From Vulcanimicrobiota bacterium (GTDB lineage Bacteria > Vulcanimicrobiota > Vulcanimicrobiia > Vulcanimicrobiales > Vulcanimicrobiaceae), in contig CAWETW010000003.1 of the NCBI GenBank assembly GCA_963812155.1, positions 736,001 to 800,000 of the forward strand: a DNA stretch of 64,000 nt, given 5' to 3'. The notes under the pieces are model-generated. The model had not been told where the DNA came from and did no database searches. It was given only the letters and a program-made list of their open reading frames with translations. A program made the translations under genes and the position numbers. How positions within the stretch are numbered: the stretch's first letter is position 1; each line of letters begins with the position of its first letter. This document shows positions 39,001-49,292 of the stretch, piece after piece.

Positions 39001-39620
39001 TCGGCCTCACCGCGCAGGGCGACACGCAGTATTTGAAAGAGACGATGAGCAACATGGGCATCGCCCTCGCGACGTCGTTCATTCTAGTGTACATGTTGAT
39101 GGTGATTCTGTACGGTTCGATCGTCGAGCCGCTCATCGTCATGTTCTCGGTTCCGTTGGCGATCATCGGTGCGCTGGTCGGACTTTCGCTGATGCATCGC
39201 ATCGAGCCGAATGCGGGCCAGTCGCTCAACATCATCTCGATGATCGGCATCGTCATGTTGTTCGGATTGGTCTCCAAAAACGGCATTCTGCTCGTGGACT
39301 ACTCGAACACGCTCTGTCGCCGCGGCATGCGCGTACGGGATGCCGTGCTGCAGGCGGCGGGAACTCGGTTCCGTCCGATTCTCATGACGACGTGCGCGAT
39401 GATCTTCGGCATGCTGCCGCTGTCGCTGGGATTCGCCGAAGGCGGTGAATGGCGGCAGGCGATGGGCACCGTGATCATCGGCGGCCTCGCGAGCTCGCTG
39501 ATTCTCACGCTCTTTCTCGTCCCGATGATCTACAACTCATGGATCGGGTTCTCGGAACGGGTCGCCGACAAACACGCGATCGAAGCCGAGATGTCGCAGC
39601 CGGCGCCGACGATCGCCTAG
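36051..39620 (+). CDS. RND efflux transporter permease with internal insertion
   Basis: YPGASP, LVDDSIVVLEN, SKNGILL and RFRPILMT motifs; 1189 aa. Confidence 0.92.
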   Translation: MWLTRFAISRPVVTAMVFVALAFFGIVAFEKLGRSNDPPGTAFPIVVIFANYPGASPQEMERLIVKPIEDQLADVDNLDQLTATAQEGAASVGVQFKLGTDLNLAAINVQSAVDTARVYLPTDLDPPQVFKNGASEPLLDVAVSSKSMSPTALADLVTNRIQPLLKAIPNVQTVDVYGASAREFHVEPIPPQLLGSGATLREVFSAVAANNANLPGGVLRQPTQETSVSVHAEINSAQDLLNIPLPVPGMSMRALKVGDVAKAYDSHVEPTSISHYNGLPRLYVEIDRDINSDEIKATETARQQIKQIEAQFPELSFSEIDAPADYTQRSLNGVWQSLFEGVILTMIVMMLFLHLWRNAVVVMVSIPTSILSTFVLMNAFGFHLDTMSLMGLSLIIGILVDDSIVVLENITRHRDLGEGPIDAAINGRSEIGGAAVAITMVDVVVFLPIAFMPGLVGMYLKEFGAVIVIATLFSLFVSFTLTPLLAARWSVRERSPGRPKWLDALRSWKIMGAMLAGAVVAYFIPWRVIGLPKELNLVIPVMVVAVLLLNAFVQNYDRILEWYKTRALGFALDHGLFVVFVCAVLVINAMTLVAGAGMATVIVDALILILTGIWHGIGMLVRARVPRERLELRRTRLPRTQSPIQRTRAAIGDLCRNSLRLVGQWFYATGRDRKLTVVTFAFPVALAIVLPALGGIDFDFVPAVQDGSISMTVTYPPGTPLLVTEKFVSQLELAILKVDGIQSVSSTVGRKPEGWGTAIGSNYARLNAQTTPDRTKDTYKIIAKIRKFNYLVPGGEFQVAGESGSGSGTPIFYALSGPEDAIGPAAEKVAQFLRDTPGSVNVQTSNEMASPRLNVNVDAQKSEVLGVAPADAAAVARFAVDGAVATKVRTDNGLVDVRVQFPASYRSTVDDLKAVRVRAQDGTIVPLSDVADFVWTKAPVQIQRLNRQRVVNVYGGVLPGYSLGGVTGPLEKKLHAPGFLPEGVGLTAQGDTQYLKETMSNMGIALATSFILVYMLMVILYGSIVEPLIVMFSVPLAIIGALVGLSLMHRIEPNAGQSLNIISMIGIVMLFGLVSKNGILLVDYSNTLCRRGMRVRDAVLQAAGTRFRPILMTTCAMIFGMLPLSLGFAEGGEWRQAMGTVIIGGLASSLILTLFLVPMIYNSWIGFSERVADKHAIEAEMSQPAPTIA

Positions 39621-39668
39621 GCCCCGGGGGCTCGCAATGGCCGGCCGCATCCCCGAGGCGCTCGCCGA

Positions 39669-40427
39669 GTGAAGCGCCGGGCGTTGGTCACCGGGGGTGC
39701 TGCAGGCTTGATGGCCGGTGTCGCCGCAGCGTTGCCGGCCGACGGCTTCGACTGCGTCGCGATCACGTATCGTACGACGCCGCCGGATCGCACGCTCGCG
39801 TCGATCGAAGCGGCCGGTGCGAGCGCGTTCGCGACGCGGATCGATTTCCTCGATGCGGAAGAAGAAATTTCGGCGGCGCTCGAAGCGTTCGTGCGCGATC
39901 GCGGCCCGTTCGACACGTTGGTCCACGGCGTCGGACCGATGGTCGTCAAACGCTTCGAACGCTCGTCGATGGACGAGTATCGCGAGATGCTCGACGGAAA
40001 TCTGCGCAGTGCGGTGCTTGCGGCGCGCGCCGTCGCCGCCGGGATGCGCGAGCGGCGCTTCGGCCGCATCGTATTCTTCGGAACCGTCGGTTCGGCGATC
40101 ACGCAGCCGCATCGCGGTTTTGCGTTCTACCAGGCGGCCAAGAGCGCGCTGGTGGCGTTCGCGCGATGCCTGGCACTCGAAGAAGCCCGTCATGGAATCA
40201 CGGTCAACGTCGTCTCCCCGGGCGACATTCGGCAAAAGTCGCTGTCGCGTGCCGAGGCGCTCGAACGCCCGGCCGGCAATCCGCGCGGGCGTGCGGGCAG
40301 CTTTGAAGACGTTGCGGATGCGGTACGGTTTCTGGTCGCGGCCGAGCGCGATTTCGTGACCGGCAGCGTCATCGACGTTAGCGGAGGGTTGACGCAGGCC
40401 GACGAGCGAAACGAACGGGCGCCATGA
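39669..40427 (+). CDS. SDR oxidoreductase
   Basis: ALVTGG, YQAAK, GITVNVVSPG and FVTG motifs. Confidence 0.88.
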   Translation: MKRRALVTGGAAGLMAGVAAALPADGFDCVAITYRTTPPDRTLASIEAAGASAFATRIDFLDAEEEISAALEAFVRDRGPFDTLVHGVGPMVVKRFERSSMDEYREMLDGNLRSAVLAARAVAAGMRERRFGRIVFFGTVGSAITQPHRGFAFYQAAKSALVAFARCLALEEARHGITVNVVSPGDIRQKSLSRAEALERPAGNPRGRAGSFEDVADAVRFLVAAERDFVTGSVIDVSGGLTQADERNERAP

Positions 40428-42985
40428 GCTTGTTCGACGGGGCGAACGACCATCGCCGCTTTGCTTTGCCGGGTTCCAGCCCGCAGTACGGACCCGACAA
40501 AGTGGTTGCCGTCGAACACATCGATCTCGATCTCACCCCCGACATCGCCGCCGAAACGCTCGACGGCATCTGCACGACGACCGTCCGCGCGCTCGACGAA
40601 CCGGTCGAACGGCTCTCGCTCGACGCCGTCGATCTCGAGATTCGCAGCGTCGAACGAGATGGACGCCCGCAGGCGTTCGAACGCCGCGACGGCAAGCTCG
40701 ACGTGAGGTTCGATCCGCGTCTCGAACCCAACGATCGCGCAACCTTTGCAGTCGCCTACCGCTGCACGAAACCGCGCCAGGGCCTCTTCTTCGTGAATCC
40801 GCCGGCGGATCGCCCCGAGAAGGTCGCCCACGTCTGGACCCAGAGTCAAGACGAAAACGCGCGCTACTGGTTTCCGTGTTTGGACTATCCGCACGAGAAG
40901 CAGACGACGTCGGCGACGATTCGCGTGCCGCGCGGCTCCTTCGCGCTTTCGAACGGCGCCCTCGTGGAACGCAAAGACGAAGGCGATACCACCATTTTTC
41001 GTTACCGGCAAGACGTTCCGCACAGCACCTATCTCGTGACGATGGTCGCGGGACCGTTTGCAGAGGTCGCGCAGGGTACGGCCGGAAGCCGCAACGTGCC
41101 GGTGTTTTACTACGTGCTGCCGGGACGGGAAGACGACGGCGAGCGTGCCTTCGGCAACACGCCGCGCATGATCGCGCTGTTCGAGCAGCGCACGGGCGTG
41201 CCGTATCCGTACGCGCGATATTCCCAAATCGCCGTATCGGATTTCATCTTCGGCGGAATGGAGAATACGGCCGCAACCACACAGACCGATCGCACGCTGC
41301 ACGACGCGACGGCGCATATGGATTTCTCGAGCGATCCGCTCGTGGCGCACGAACTGGCGCACCAGTGGTTCGGCGACCTGCTTACCTGCCGCGATTGGGC
41401 CCATGCGTGGCTCAACGAAGGCTTTGCAACCTTTTTCGAAGGCGTATGGCGCGAGGCGGATCTCGGGTACGACGAATATCTCTACGACGCGTTCGGGTGG
41501 GTGAACGACTATCTGGAAGAAGATGCCGACCGTTACCGGCGGCCGATCGTCTGCAACACGTTTCGCGATCCGATCGAAATCTTCGACCGGCACCTCTACG
41601 AAAAGGGCGCGGCCGTACTCCATATGCTGCGCGGCGAACTGGGCGAGGAGCGGTTCTGGCGGTCGATCCGCCACTACACCGAGCGCAACGCGCGCCGCAA
41701 CGTCGAAACGATCGATTTGGTGCGCGCCGTCGAAGATGCGACCGGACGCAACCTGCGCGCGTTCTTCGACCAGTGGATCTACGCCGGCGGGCATCCTGAG
41801 ATCGACGTGTCGCTGGCGTGGGACGAAAAGGATAAGGTCGCGACGTTGACCGTCGATCAAAAGCAGTCGATCGATGCAACGCATCCGGCACACCGCTTCG
41901 AGGTGACGGCCGGCTTCGTCGCGGATCCGCCGGCGAGCGCCGCCGTCGATGCCGGTTCGGCTGCGTTGCCGGGCGAACGCCGCATTCGTGCGACGATTGC
42001 CAACGCGCGCGAAACGATTTCGGTGCCGCTCGAAGCCGAGCCGAAGTTGGTGCGCTTCGACCCCGGAGCGTTCGTGCTGGCGCGGGTGACCTACAAACTC
42101 GGCGCCGGCGCTTCGGGCACCGTGCTGCGCAGCGATCCGAATCCGATCGCGCGGATTCGCGCGGCATCCGAACTGGCGCGCGACGGATCGCATGCGGCGG
42201 TCGACGCCTTGCGCGATGCGTTCGGCGGCGAACCGTTTTGGGGCGTGCTGGCCGAAACGAGCGCGGCGCTCGGCGCGACGCGCGCGCCGTGGGCTCGCGA
42301 AATCCTTGCCGGAGCGCTGTCGCACGCGCATCCGAAAGTGCGTCGCGCTGCTGCGGCCGCGCTCGGAAACTTCCGCAGCGTAGAAGCGGCCGACGCGCTC
42401 CTGCCGCTCGCGCATGGCGATGCGTCGTATTTCGTGCGCGCGGCCGCGCTCGAAGCGCTGGGAAAAACGCGCGACGCGCGGGCATTCGACGTGCTCGCAG
42501 CGGCACTTCAATCGAAGAGCTGGAACGCCACGGTGGAGTCGGGCGCCGCCCGCGGACTCGCCGAACTCGCCGACCCGCGCGCGCTGCCGCTGGTCGCCGG
42601 CGTCGCCCGCGCCCCGCGCGACGAAAACCTTCGGCGAACGGCTGCCGCAGCGATCGGCCGTATCGCGCAACTGATTGAAGGCGAACGCACGCGCGCGATT
42701 TCCGAGCTCGAAGACTTGCTCGACGACGAGGATTTCCACGTGCAGCTCGGGGCACTACGCGCGGCCGAGTCGCTCGGCGACGCGCGGCTGCTGCCCGCAC
42801 TCGACCGCTTGTCCCATTCGGCCTGGGACGGTCGCACGCGGCGTACCGCCCGCGAAGCGGCGATCCGCGTGCGGGAAGCCGCCAAAGTTCCGGCGCAAGT
42901 CGCGGGCATGCGCAGCGACCTCGACGAACTCCGTGAAGATCAGCGGAAACTCCAGGCGAAGATCGCGGCGCTCGCGCGGGCTTAG
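40424..42985 (+). CDS. pepN: M1 aminopeptidase with HEAT repeats
   Basis: GGMEN, HELAHQW...NEG and YEKG motifs; C-terminal HEAT repeats and coiled coil. Confidence 0.93.
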   Translation: MSLFDGANDHRRFALPGSSPQYGPDKVVAVEHIDLDLTPDIAAETLDGICTTTVRALDEPVERLSLDAVDLEIRSVERDGRPQAFERRDGKLDVRFDPRLEPNDRATFAVAYRCTKPRQGLFFVNPPADRPEKVAHVWTQSQDENARYWFPCLDYPHEKQTTSATIRVPRGSFALSNGALVERKDEGDTTIFRYRQDVPHSTYLVTMVAGPFAEVAQGTAGSRNVPVFYYVLPGREDDGERAFGNTPRMIALFEQRTGVPYPYARYSQIAVSDFIFGGMENTAATTQTDRTLHDATAHMDFSSDPLVAHELAHQWFGDLLTCRDWAHAWLNEGFATFFEGVWREADLGYDEYLYDAFGWVNDYLEEDADRYRRPIVCNTFRDPIEIFDRHLYEKGAAVLHMLRGELGEERFWRSIRHYTERNARRNVETIDLVRAVEDATGRNLRAFFDQWIYAGGHPEIDVSLAWDEKDKVATLTVDQKQSIDATHPAHRFEVTAGFVADPPASAAVDAGSAALPGERRIRATIANARETISVPLEAEPKLVRFDPGAFVLARVTYKLGAGASGTVLRSDPNPIARIRAASELARDGSHAAVDALRDAFGGEPFWGVLAETSAALGATRAPWAREILAGALSHAHPKVRRAAAAALGNFRSVEAADALLPLAHGDASYFVRAAALEALGKTRDARAFDVLAAALQSKSWNATVESGAARGLAELADPRALPLVAGVARAPRDENLRRTAAAAIGRIAQLIEGERTRAISELEDLLDDEDFHVQLGALRAAESLGDARLLPALDRLSHSAWDGRTRRTAREAAIRVREAAKVPAQVAGMRSDLDELREDQRKLQAKIAALARA

Positions 42986-44355
42986 ACGCCGCTTTGCTGC
43001 GGTCGTCTTGCTTTGCATTGCGGGGGCGCTCTCGGGCTGGGGATTGAGCCGCGCGCATTCGTCGCGCGCCGTGCAAGCCGTCGCACTGCACACGGGGGCG
43101 CAAGTGCCGCGGCGCGCCGTCGAAGATGCGTTCGACGGAGCATCTCGTCCGCTTCCACCCGCGCCGCCGTGGAGCCGCCCGGAGATCGAGCGCCTGCGCC
43201 AATCGGTGCGCGATGCATTTGGGCCCGCGCTCGACGGCGCCCAGCGATGGAGCATGGCGGTGCTCGACGCAAACGGCAACGCACTGTACGACGACCGCGC
43301 CGCGCATGCGGTCGTTCCCGCGAGCGCGGCGAAACTCGTCGTGGCAGCGACCGCGCTCGGCGTGCTCGGGCAGCAATTTCCGCTATCACACGATTCTCGC
43401 CGCACCTCGCGCGATTGCGTCCGACGGGTCGCTCGACGGGAACCTCTGGCTGGCGGGATCGGGCGATCCGTCGTTGCGCGGCGACGACGTGCGCGGCGGC
43501 GTCGGCATGCTGGCGCGCGGCGGCCTGCGGCGCATTTCCGGCGGCGCCGCGGTGGATCCGACGGCGATGCACGGGCCGGAGTTGAATCCGCACTGGGATC
43601 CCGGTGACGCGGGCCAAGACTACGCCGCGCCGACGAACGCGCTGTCGATCGACGGCGATACGGTCGAATCGCAGAAAAACGTCGGCGGCGTGGAACAACG
43701 TTTTTGGACGCCGGTGAGCGACGTGCCGCACTACGCGTCGGCGATGCTCGCACGCATGCTCGCGCAGCGCGGAATTGCAACCTCGCGACCGCCCATCGTC
43801 GCGGCGTCGCCGCTGGATTCGGTCGTGTTCTGGGAACATCGCTCCGCACCGCTGCGCGCGCTGGAAGCGCACATGCTGTATTATTCCGACAATCACTACG
43901 CCGAACAGCTCCTGCGCACGCTGGGCGGCGAAACGGGCGAGATTGCCGACGACGCGGGCGGGCTCGCGACGGAGCGGCGGTTCTTGAGCGAGCGCGGAAT
44001 TCCGGATCCGGGTTTGCGGCTCCACGACGGCAGCGGACTGTCGAGCGACGACCGCATCGCCGCGATCACGCTCGCACGCATTCTCGCCGACGCACAACTG
44101 CGCGGCGGCGATGCGTCGCTCTACCTGCTGTTGCCCCAAGGCGGCAAGCAAGGAACGCTCCAGGACTACGACTTCACGACGGCGCTCGGACGCGTTCGCG
44201 CAAAGAGCGGACACATCAGCGGCGTATCGGCGCTGGCCGGATACGTCAATACGCTGCATCACGGCCGCGTCGTCTTTGCGTTCATGGTGAACGGATCGCC
44301 GGGCGATCCCGATGCCGCAATCGTGCGCGCCGTCAACCGGCTGGCCGCACTCTAG
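42933..44355 (+). CDS. dacB: D-Ala-D-Ala carboxypeptidase/endopeptidase S13, frameshifted near 43380
   Basis: PASAAK in the first frame; GSGDP, SDN, DGSGLS and KSG in the second frame; start uncertain. Confidence 0.85.
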
Positions 44356-44369
44356 TGGACCACTAAACC

Positions 44370-45755
44370 ATGGTCGACGAGTCGGACCTGTCGCGCGTCA
44401 TCGCGCGCGCGCTGCGCCGCGGCGGTGATTTCGCCGACGTCTTTTGCGAGCGGCGCACGTCGCAATCGCTGCGGCTGCAGGATGGGCGCATTCACGAGGC
44501 GTCGTGCGGCGTCGTGATCGGCGTCGGGATTCGCGTGCTCGCCGGCGAATCGGCCGGTTACGCGTACTCCGACGATCTGAGCGCCGAGGCGCTGCTGCAG
44601 GCCGCCGATGCGGCGTCCTTGATTGCGCGCAACGGCGGGAGCCGCGTTACGGCGGCCGCATTGCATCGCGAAGCGGTCGCGGCACTGTACGATGGCGATC
44701 GTGCCAACGCCCTCGTCTCCGATTGCGCCGGCCTGCTCGCGCGTGCCGACGTCGCAGCGCGCGCGTTCGACTCGCGCGTCGTGGCGGTGAACGCGCACGT
44801 GGCCGACGAGCTGCAGGAAGTCTGGATCGCGAATAGCGACGGGCGATTCGTTCACGACCGCCGACCGATGGTGACGCTGGGCGTTCAAGCCGTTGCCTCG
44901 GCCGCCAGCGAACGCGGTTCCGGTTACGCCGGGGACGGCGGGCGCACGTCGCTGGCATATTTCGAAACCCATGCACCCGAGGAACTCGCCCGCGACGCCG
45001 CGCGCATCGCGATCGTCAACGCCACGGCGATTCCGGCGCCGGCCGGCGAGATGGCAATGGTCGTCGGCGCGGGCGGCGGCGGCGTGCTGCTGCACGAAGC
45101 CGTCGGTCACGGCCTGGAGAGCGATTTCAACCGGCGCGGCACGTCGCTGTACGCCGGACGCGTCGGCGAGCGCGTGGCCAGCGAACTCGTCACGATTTTC
45201 GACGACGGCGATTTGCCCGAAGAACGCGGCACGATCAACGTCGACGACGAGGGCGTCGCCGGCCAGCACAAGGTACTCGTCGAGAAGGGCGTGCTGCGCG
45301 GCTACATGCAGGACTTGCTCAACGCGCGGCTGATGGGCGTGGCGTCGACCGGCAGCGGGCGCCGGCAATCGTTCCGGTTCTTGCCGCAGCCGCGCATGTG
45401 CAACACGTACATGCCCGGCGGCGAATCGACCGTCGAGGAGATCGTCGCGTCGACGCCGCGCGGCATTTATGCGAAATCGTTCGCAGGCGGTCAAGTCGAA
45501 ATCAGCAAGGGCGATTTCGTCTTCATGATCGGCGAAGGCTACCTCATCGAAAACGGCAAGGTGACCGCGCCGGTGAAGAACGCGACGATCGTCGGCAACG
45601 GCCCGGATGCGATGACGAAGGTCACGGCCGTGGCGAACGACAGCCGACTCGCGCGGCGCCACTACACGTGCGGCAAGGGCGGACAGTACGTGCCGGTCGG
45701 CGTCGGCATGCCGACCGTGAAGATTTCGTCGATCACCGTCGGCGGGACACTCTAG
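44370..45755 (+). CDS. tldD: Metalloprotease TldD
   Basis: HEAVGHGLE, DDEG, PRMCNT and CGKGGQ motifs. Confidence 0.93.
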   Translation: MVDESDLSRVIARALRRGGDFADVFCERRTSQSLRLQDGRIHEASCGVVIGVGIRVLAGESAGYAYSDDLSAEALLQAADAASLIARNGGSRVTAAALHREAVAALYDGDRANALVSDCAGLLARADVAARAFDSRVVAVNAHVADELQEVWIANSDGRFVHDRRPMVTLGVQAVASAASERGSGYAGDGGRTSLAYFETHAPEELARDAARIAIVNATAIPAPAGEMAMVVGAGGGGVLLHEAVGHGLESDFNRRGTSLYAGRVGERVASELVTIFDDGDLPEERGTINVDDEGVAGQHKVLVEKGVLRGYMQDLLNARLMGVASTGSGRRQSFRFLPQPRMCNTYMPGGESTVEEIVASTPRGIYAKSFAGGQVEISKGDFVFMIGEGYLIENGKVTAPVKNATIVGNGPDAMTKVTAVANDSRLARRHYTCGKGGQYVPVGVGMPTVKISSITVGGTL

Positions 45756-45772
45756 GTCGACGGGACACTACA

Positions 45773-47104
45773 ATGCGTGAGGAGGCGGCGCTCGAAATCG
45801 CCCAAAGCGCGATCGCGCTGGCGCGCACTGCCGGCGCGGAAGCGGCCGAAGCGACGGTGACGGTCGCGCGGCGGTTTCACGCCGAAGCGCGCGACACCGT
45901 CGTCGCCAAGCTCGAACAAACGACCGCGAAGTCGCTGCACGTGCGCGTATTCTTGGGCGGTCGCAAGGCATCGCTGACGACCACCGATCTCACGGACGAC
46001 GGCTTACGCGCGGCGGTCGCGCGTACCATCGCGGGGGCGGCGTGCGTCGCGCCGGATCCGTTTGCGGGTCTCCCCGACGAGTTCGCATCGGCCACGCCGC
46101 CGCTGAACCTGTGCGACCCGCGGGTCGAGCAACGCGAGCCCGCCGAGAAAGTCGAGGAGGCGCTCGCGCTCGAGCGCGCCGTCCGCGCGTACGATCGGCG
46201 GATCGTCAACTCGAGCGGATCGCATTACAGCGACTCGACGGCGATTACTGCAATCGCGAACTCTGCCGGATTTGCCGCAGCGTACGCAGCGACGCGCGCG
46301 GGCCGCTCGACTGCGCCGGTCGCAATCGACGCGGAGATCAAGCGCACCGCGCATTACGGCACGGCGGCGCGCCGCTTCGGGGATCTGGAAAGCACCGATG
46401 CGGTGACGCACAAGGCGGGCAGGCGCGCGGTCGAACTCTTCGGCGCACGCAAACCTGCGACGATGCGCGTGCCCGTGATCTTCGAACGCGACGTCGCCGC
46501 GGGCATCCTCGACGATCTCTTCGCGGCGACGTCGGCGGCAAACGTTGCGACGGGAAATTCGTGGCTGGTCGGCAAGGCCGGCGAACGCGTCGGCAGCGAT
46601 TACCTCAACGTCGTCGACGACGGACGCCTCGACGGAAAACTCGGCAGTTCGCCGTTCGACGGAGAAGGAGTGGCGACGAGGCGCACTCGCGTGTTCGAAA
46701 AGGGCCGCCTGCTCACATTCCTCTACGACACGTATTACGCGCGAAAACTCGGGGCCGCGAGCACGGGAAACTCCAACGGCGGCGGAATCGGTGCCAATAG
46801 TTTCTTTTTAGAGCCCGGCGAGGGCAGTCTCGAGGAATTGGTGGCGGCGACCCCGCGCGGAGTCCTCGTGCTCGATACGATCGGCTTCGCGCACGAACAT
46901 GCATCGGGCACGTATTCTCGCGGGGCACGCGGCTTTTTCATCCGAGACGGCGAACTCGCTTACCCGATCGACGAATTCACCATCGCGGGTGCGTACGCCG
47001 ACATGCTGGCCGGCATCGATGCGGTCGCAAACGACCTCGTGTTCGACGGCTCGGTCGTGTCGCCGTCGTTTCGGGTGGCGGAGATGACGATTAGCGGAGT
47101 GTAG
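45773..47104 (+). CDS. pmbA: TldE/PmbA
   Basis: PFDGEG and STGN motifs; no HExxH; follows tldD. Confidence 0.9.
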   Translation: MREEAALEIAQSAIALARTAGAEAAEATVTVARRFHAEARDTVVAKLEQTTAKSLHVRVFLGGRKASLTTTDLTDDGLRAAVARTIAGAACVAPDPFAGLPDEFASATPPLNLCDPRVEQREPAEKVEEALALERAVRAYDRRIVNSSGSHYSDSTAITAIANSAGFAAAYAATRAGRSTAPVAIDAEIKRTAHYGTAARRFGDLESTDAVTHKAGRRAVELFGARKPATMRVPVIFERDVAAGILDDLFAATSAANVATGNSWLVGKAGERVGSDYLNVVDDGRLDGKLGSSPFDGEGVATRRTRVFEKGRLLTFLYDTYYARKLGAASTGNSNGGGIGANSFFLEPGEGSLEELVAATPRGVLVLDTIGFAHEHASGTYSRGARGFFIRDGELAYPIDEFTIAGAYADMLAGIDAVANDLVFDGSVVSPSFRVAEMTISGV

Positions 47105-47116
47105 ACGGGGAGAACC

Positions 47117-48561
47117 ATGGCTTTACCGGCGATCAGTTTCACGGTCATCATGCGCATCGAGATGCCGAACGAACCCGGCGCGTTCGGCGTGCTGACCAAC
47201 GCGATCGGCGATGCCGGCGGAACGATTGCGGCGGTCGACATGCATTCGGTCAGCCGGGCGCGCATGATCCGCGACGTCACGATCAACGTCGCGTCCGACG
47301 GCGTCGCGAGCGACGTGCGCGCGGCCGTCGAAGCGATCGACGGATCGCGTATCATCTTCGCATCGGACTCGACGTTCCTCGCGCACATCGGCGGCAAGAT
47401 TCGCGTCGAGTCGAAGATTCCGGTGAAGAATCGTCAGGATCTCTCGACCGTCTACACGCCCGGCGTCGCGCGCGTCTCGATGGCGATTGCAGCGGATCCG
47501 AGCAAAGCGTTTCAGTTGACGATCAAGCGCAATATGGTCGCCGTCGTAACCGACGGTACGGCGGTGCTGGGTTTCGGCGACATCGGTCCGCTCGGCGCGC
47601 TGCCGGTGATGGAAGGCAAAGTGATGCTCTTCCGCCAGTTTGCCGACATCGATGCGTTTCCGATCTGCCTCGACACCAAAGACGTCGACGAAATCGTCGA
47701 GACGGTCGTGCGCATCGCGCCGGTCTTCGGCGGCATCAATCTCGAAGACATCAGCGCGCCGCGCTGCTTCGAAGTCGAAGAGCGGCTGATCGAAGCGCTC
47801 GACATTCCGGTGATGCACGACGACCAGCACGGAACGGCCGTCGTCATCCTGGCGGCGCTCATCAATGCAGCCCGCGTCGTCGGCAAACGTCTCGAGGACT
47901 TACGGATCGTGGTCTCGGGCAGCGGAGCGGCCGGCACGGCGACGATCAAGATGCTGCTCGGCGCCGGCGTGCGCGACGTCATTCCGGTCGACCGCAGCGG
48001 CGCGCTCAACCGCGACGACCGCTACGAAAATCCGCAGTGGCGCTGGCTGGCCGAACATTGCAATCGCGAGAACCGGCGCGGGATCGCTGGCCGACGTGCT
48101 GGTGGGCACCGACGTGTTCATCGGCGTTTCCGCGCCGGGAATCTTGCAACCCGAGCACGTGGCCCGGATGGCGCGCGATCCGATCGTCTTCGCGATGGCC
48201 AACCCGACGCCCGAGATCATGCCCGACGTCGCCGCGCCGGTCGCAGCCGTCATCGCGACCGGACGCTCCGATTTTCCCAACCAGGTGAACAATCTGCTGT
48301 CGTTTCCCGGGCATCTTCCGCGGCGCGCTCGACGTGCGCGCGCGGCGCATCACCGAGCGGATGAAACTCGCCGCCGCCTATGCGATCGCCGACATCGTTA
48401 CGGAGGACGAGCGCAGTCCGGAGTACATCATTCCGAGCGTGTTCGACCCGCGCGTCGTCGATGCGGTCGCAAAAGCGGTCGCCGCCGCGGCGCTCGAGGA
48501 CGGCGTTGCGCGCCGCACGCTCGTGAAGAACGAGGGAGAGGACCTCACGGCAGGGGTGTAA
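47117..48561 (+). CDS. ACT-domain NAD(P)-dependent malic enzyme, frameshifts near 48081 and 48310
   Basis: YTPGVA, GINLEDI, DDQHGT, ANPTPE and PNQVNN motifs across three frames; extra G in GGG runs. Confidence 0.9.
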
Positions 48562-48579
48562 CGCCCTGTTGCCGGCGCG

Positions 48580-49272
48580 ATGTCACAGGCACGCGTTCTC
48601 GTTATCGAAAGCAATGCCGCTGCCGGTCGCTTGGAGCGCAAAGTGCTCGAAGCGGCCGGATACGCGGTGCTGACGGCGCGCGGCATCGCGGAAGGCTTGG
48701 AGTTGAGCGTTCGCAGCCAACCGGACGTCGTCGTGCTGGACGGCCTGCTCACGGACGCCGCCGGCGAAGACGCCTGCAGCGCACTTGCGGGCGCAACCGC
48801 TTCGTTCGTTTTGCTGGTCAGCGCGCGATCGCGACGTCAAGACGTGCTGCGCGCGCTCGAACGCGGGGCCGACGATTGCATCACGCGTCCGTTTTCGGGC
48901 AACGAATTGGTGGCGCGCGTCGGTTCGCTGTTGCGCCGCCGTGAAAAATTGATGCGGCGCGTCTCGCCGGCTAACCGCCTCGATGTCGGGAATTCGCATC
49001 TGGACCGCGATTTTCTCACGCTCTCGAGCAACGGCAGCCGCGTTCCGCTGACGGCGCTCGAGTTTCGCTTGATGTGGTTTTTGGCGGAGGCTGAAGGGCG
49101 GCTCGTCACGCGCGCGCAAATCTTGGAATCGGTCTGGAACGACACGTCGGGCGTTCCGACGCGCGTCGTCGACGTGCATATTGCGGCGCTTCGAAAGAAA
49201 CTGACGCGCGTACACGCACCACTGCAAATCGCCAGCGTGCGCGGCATCGGCTACCGGCTCGACAAGCAGTAG
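48580..49272 (+). CDS. OmpR-family response regulator (atypical receiver)
   Basis: Receiver domain plus wHTH (LT.LEF.L, VDVHI..LRKK, VRGIGY). Confidence 0.88.
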   Translation: MSQARVLVIESNAAAGRLERKVLEAAGYAVLTARGIAEGLELSVRSQPDVVVLDGLLTDAAGEDACSALAGATASFVLLVSARSRRQDVLRALERGADDCITRPFSGNELVARVGSLLRRREKLMRRVSPANRLDVGNSHLDRDFLTLSSNGSRVPLTALEFRLMWFLAEAEGRLVTRAQILESVWNDTSGVPTRVVDVHIAALRKKLTRVHAPLQIASVRGIGYRLDKQ

Positions 49273-49292
49273 CCGGCGCCTTCAAACGGCCT

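Noticed and set aside
40190..43376. Long minus-strand ORFs (849 and 654 aa)
   Set aside because: GC-rich shadows of pepN with no recognisable motifs
48070..48320. Programmed frameshifting or phase variation in the malic enzyme
   Set aside because: Runs are only 3 G long with no slippery motif; same pattern as the neighbouring assembly errors
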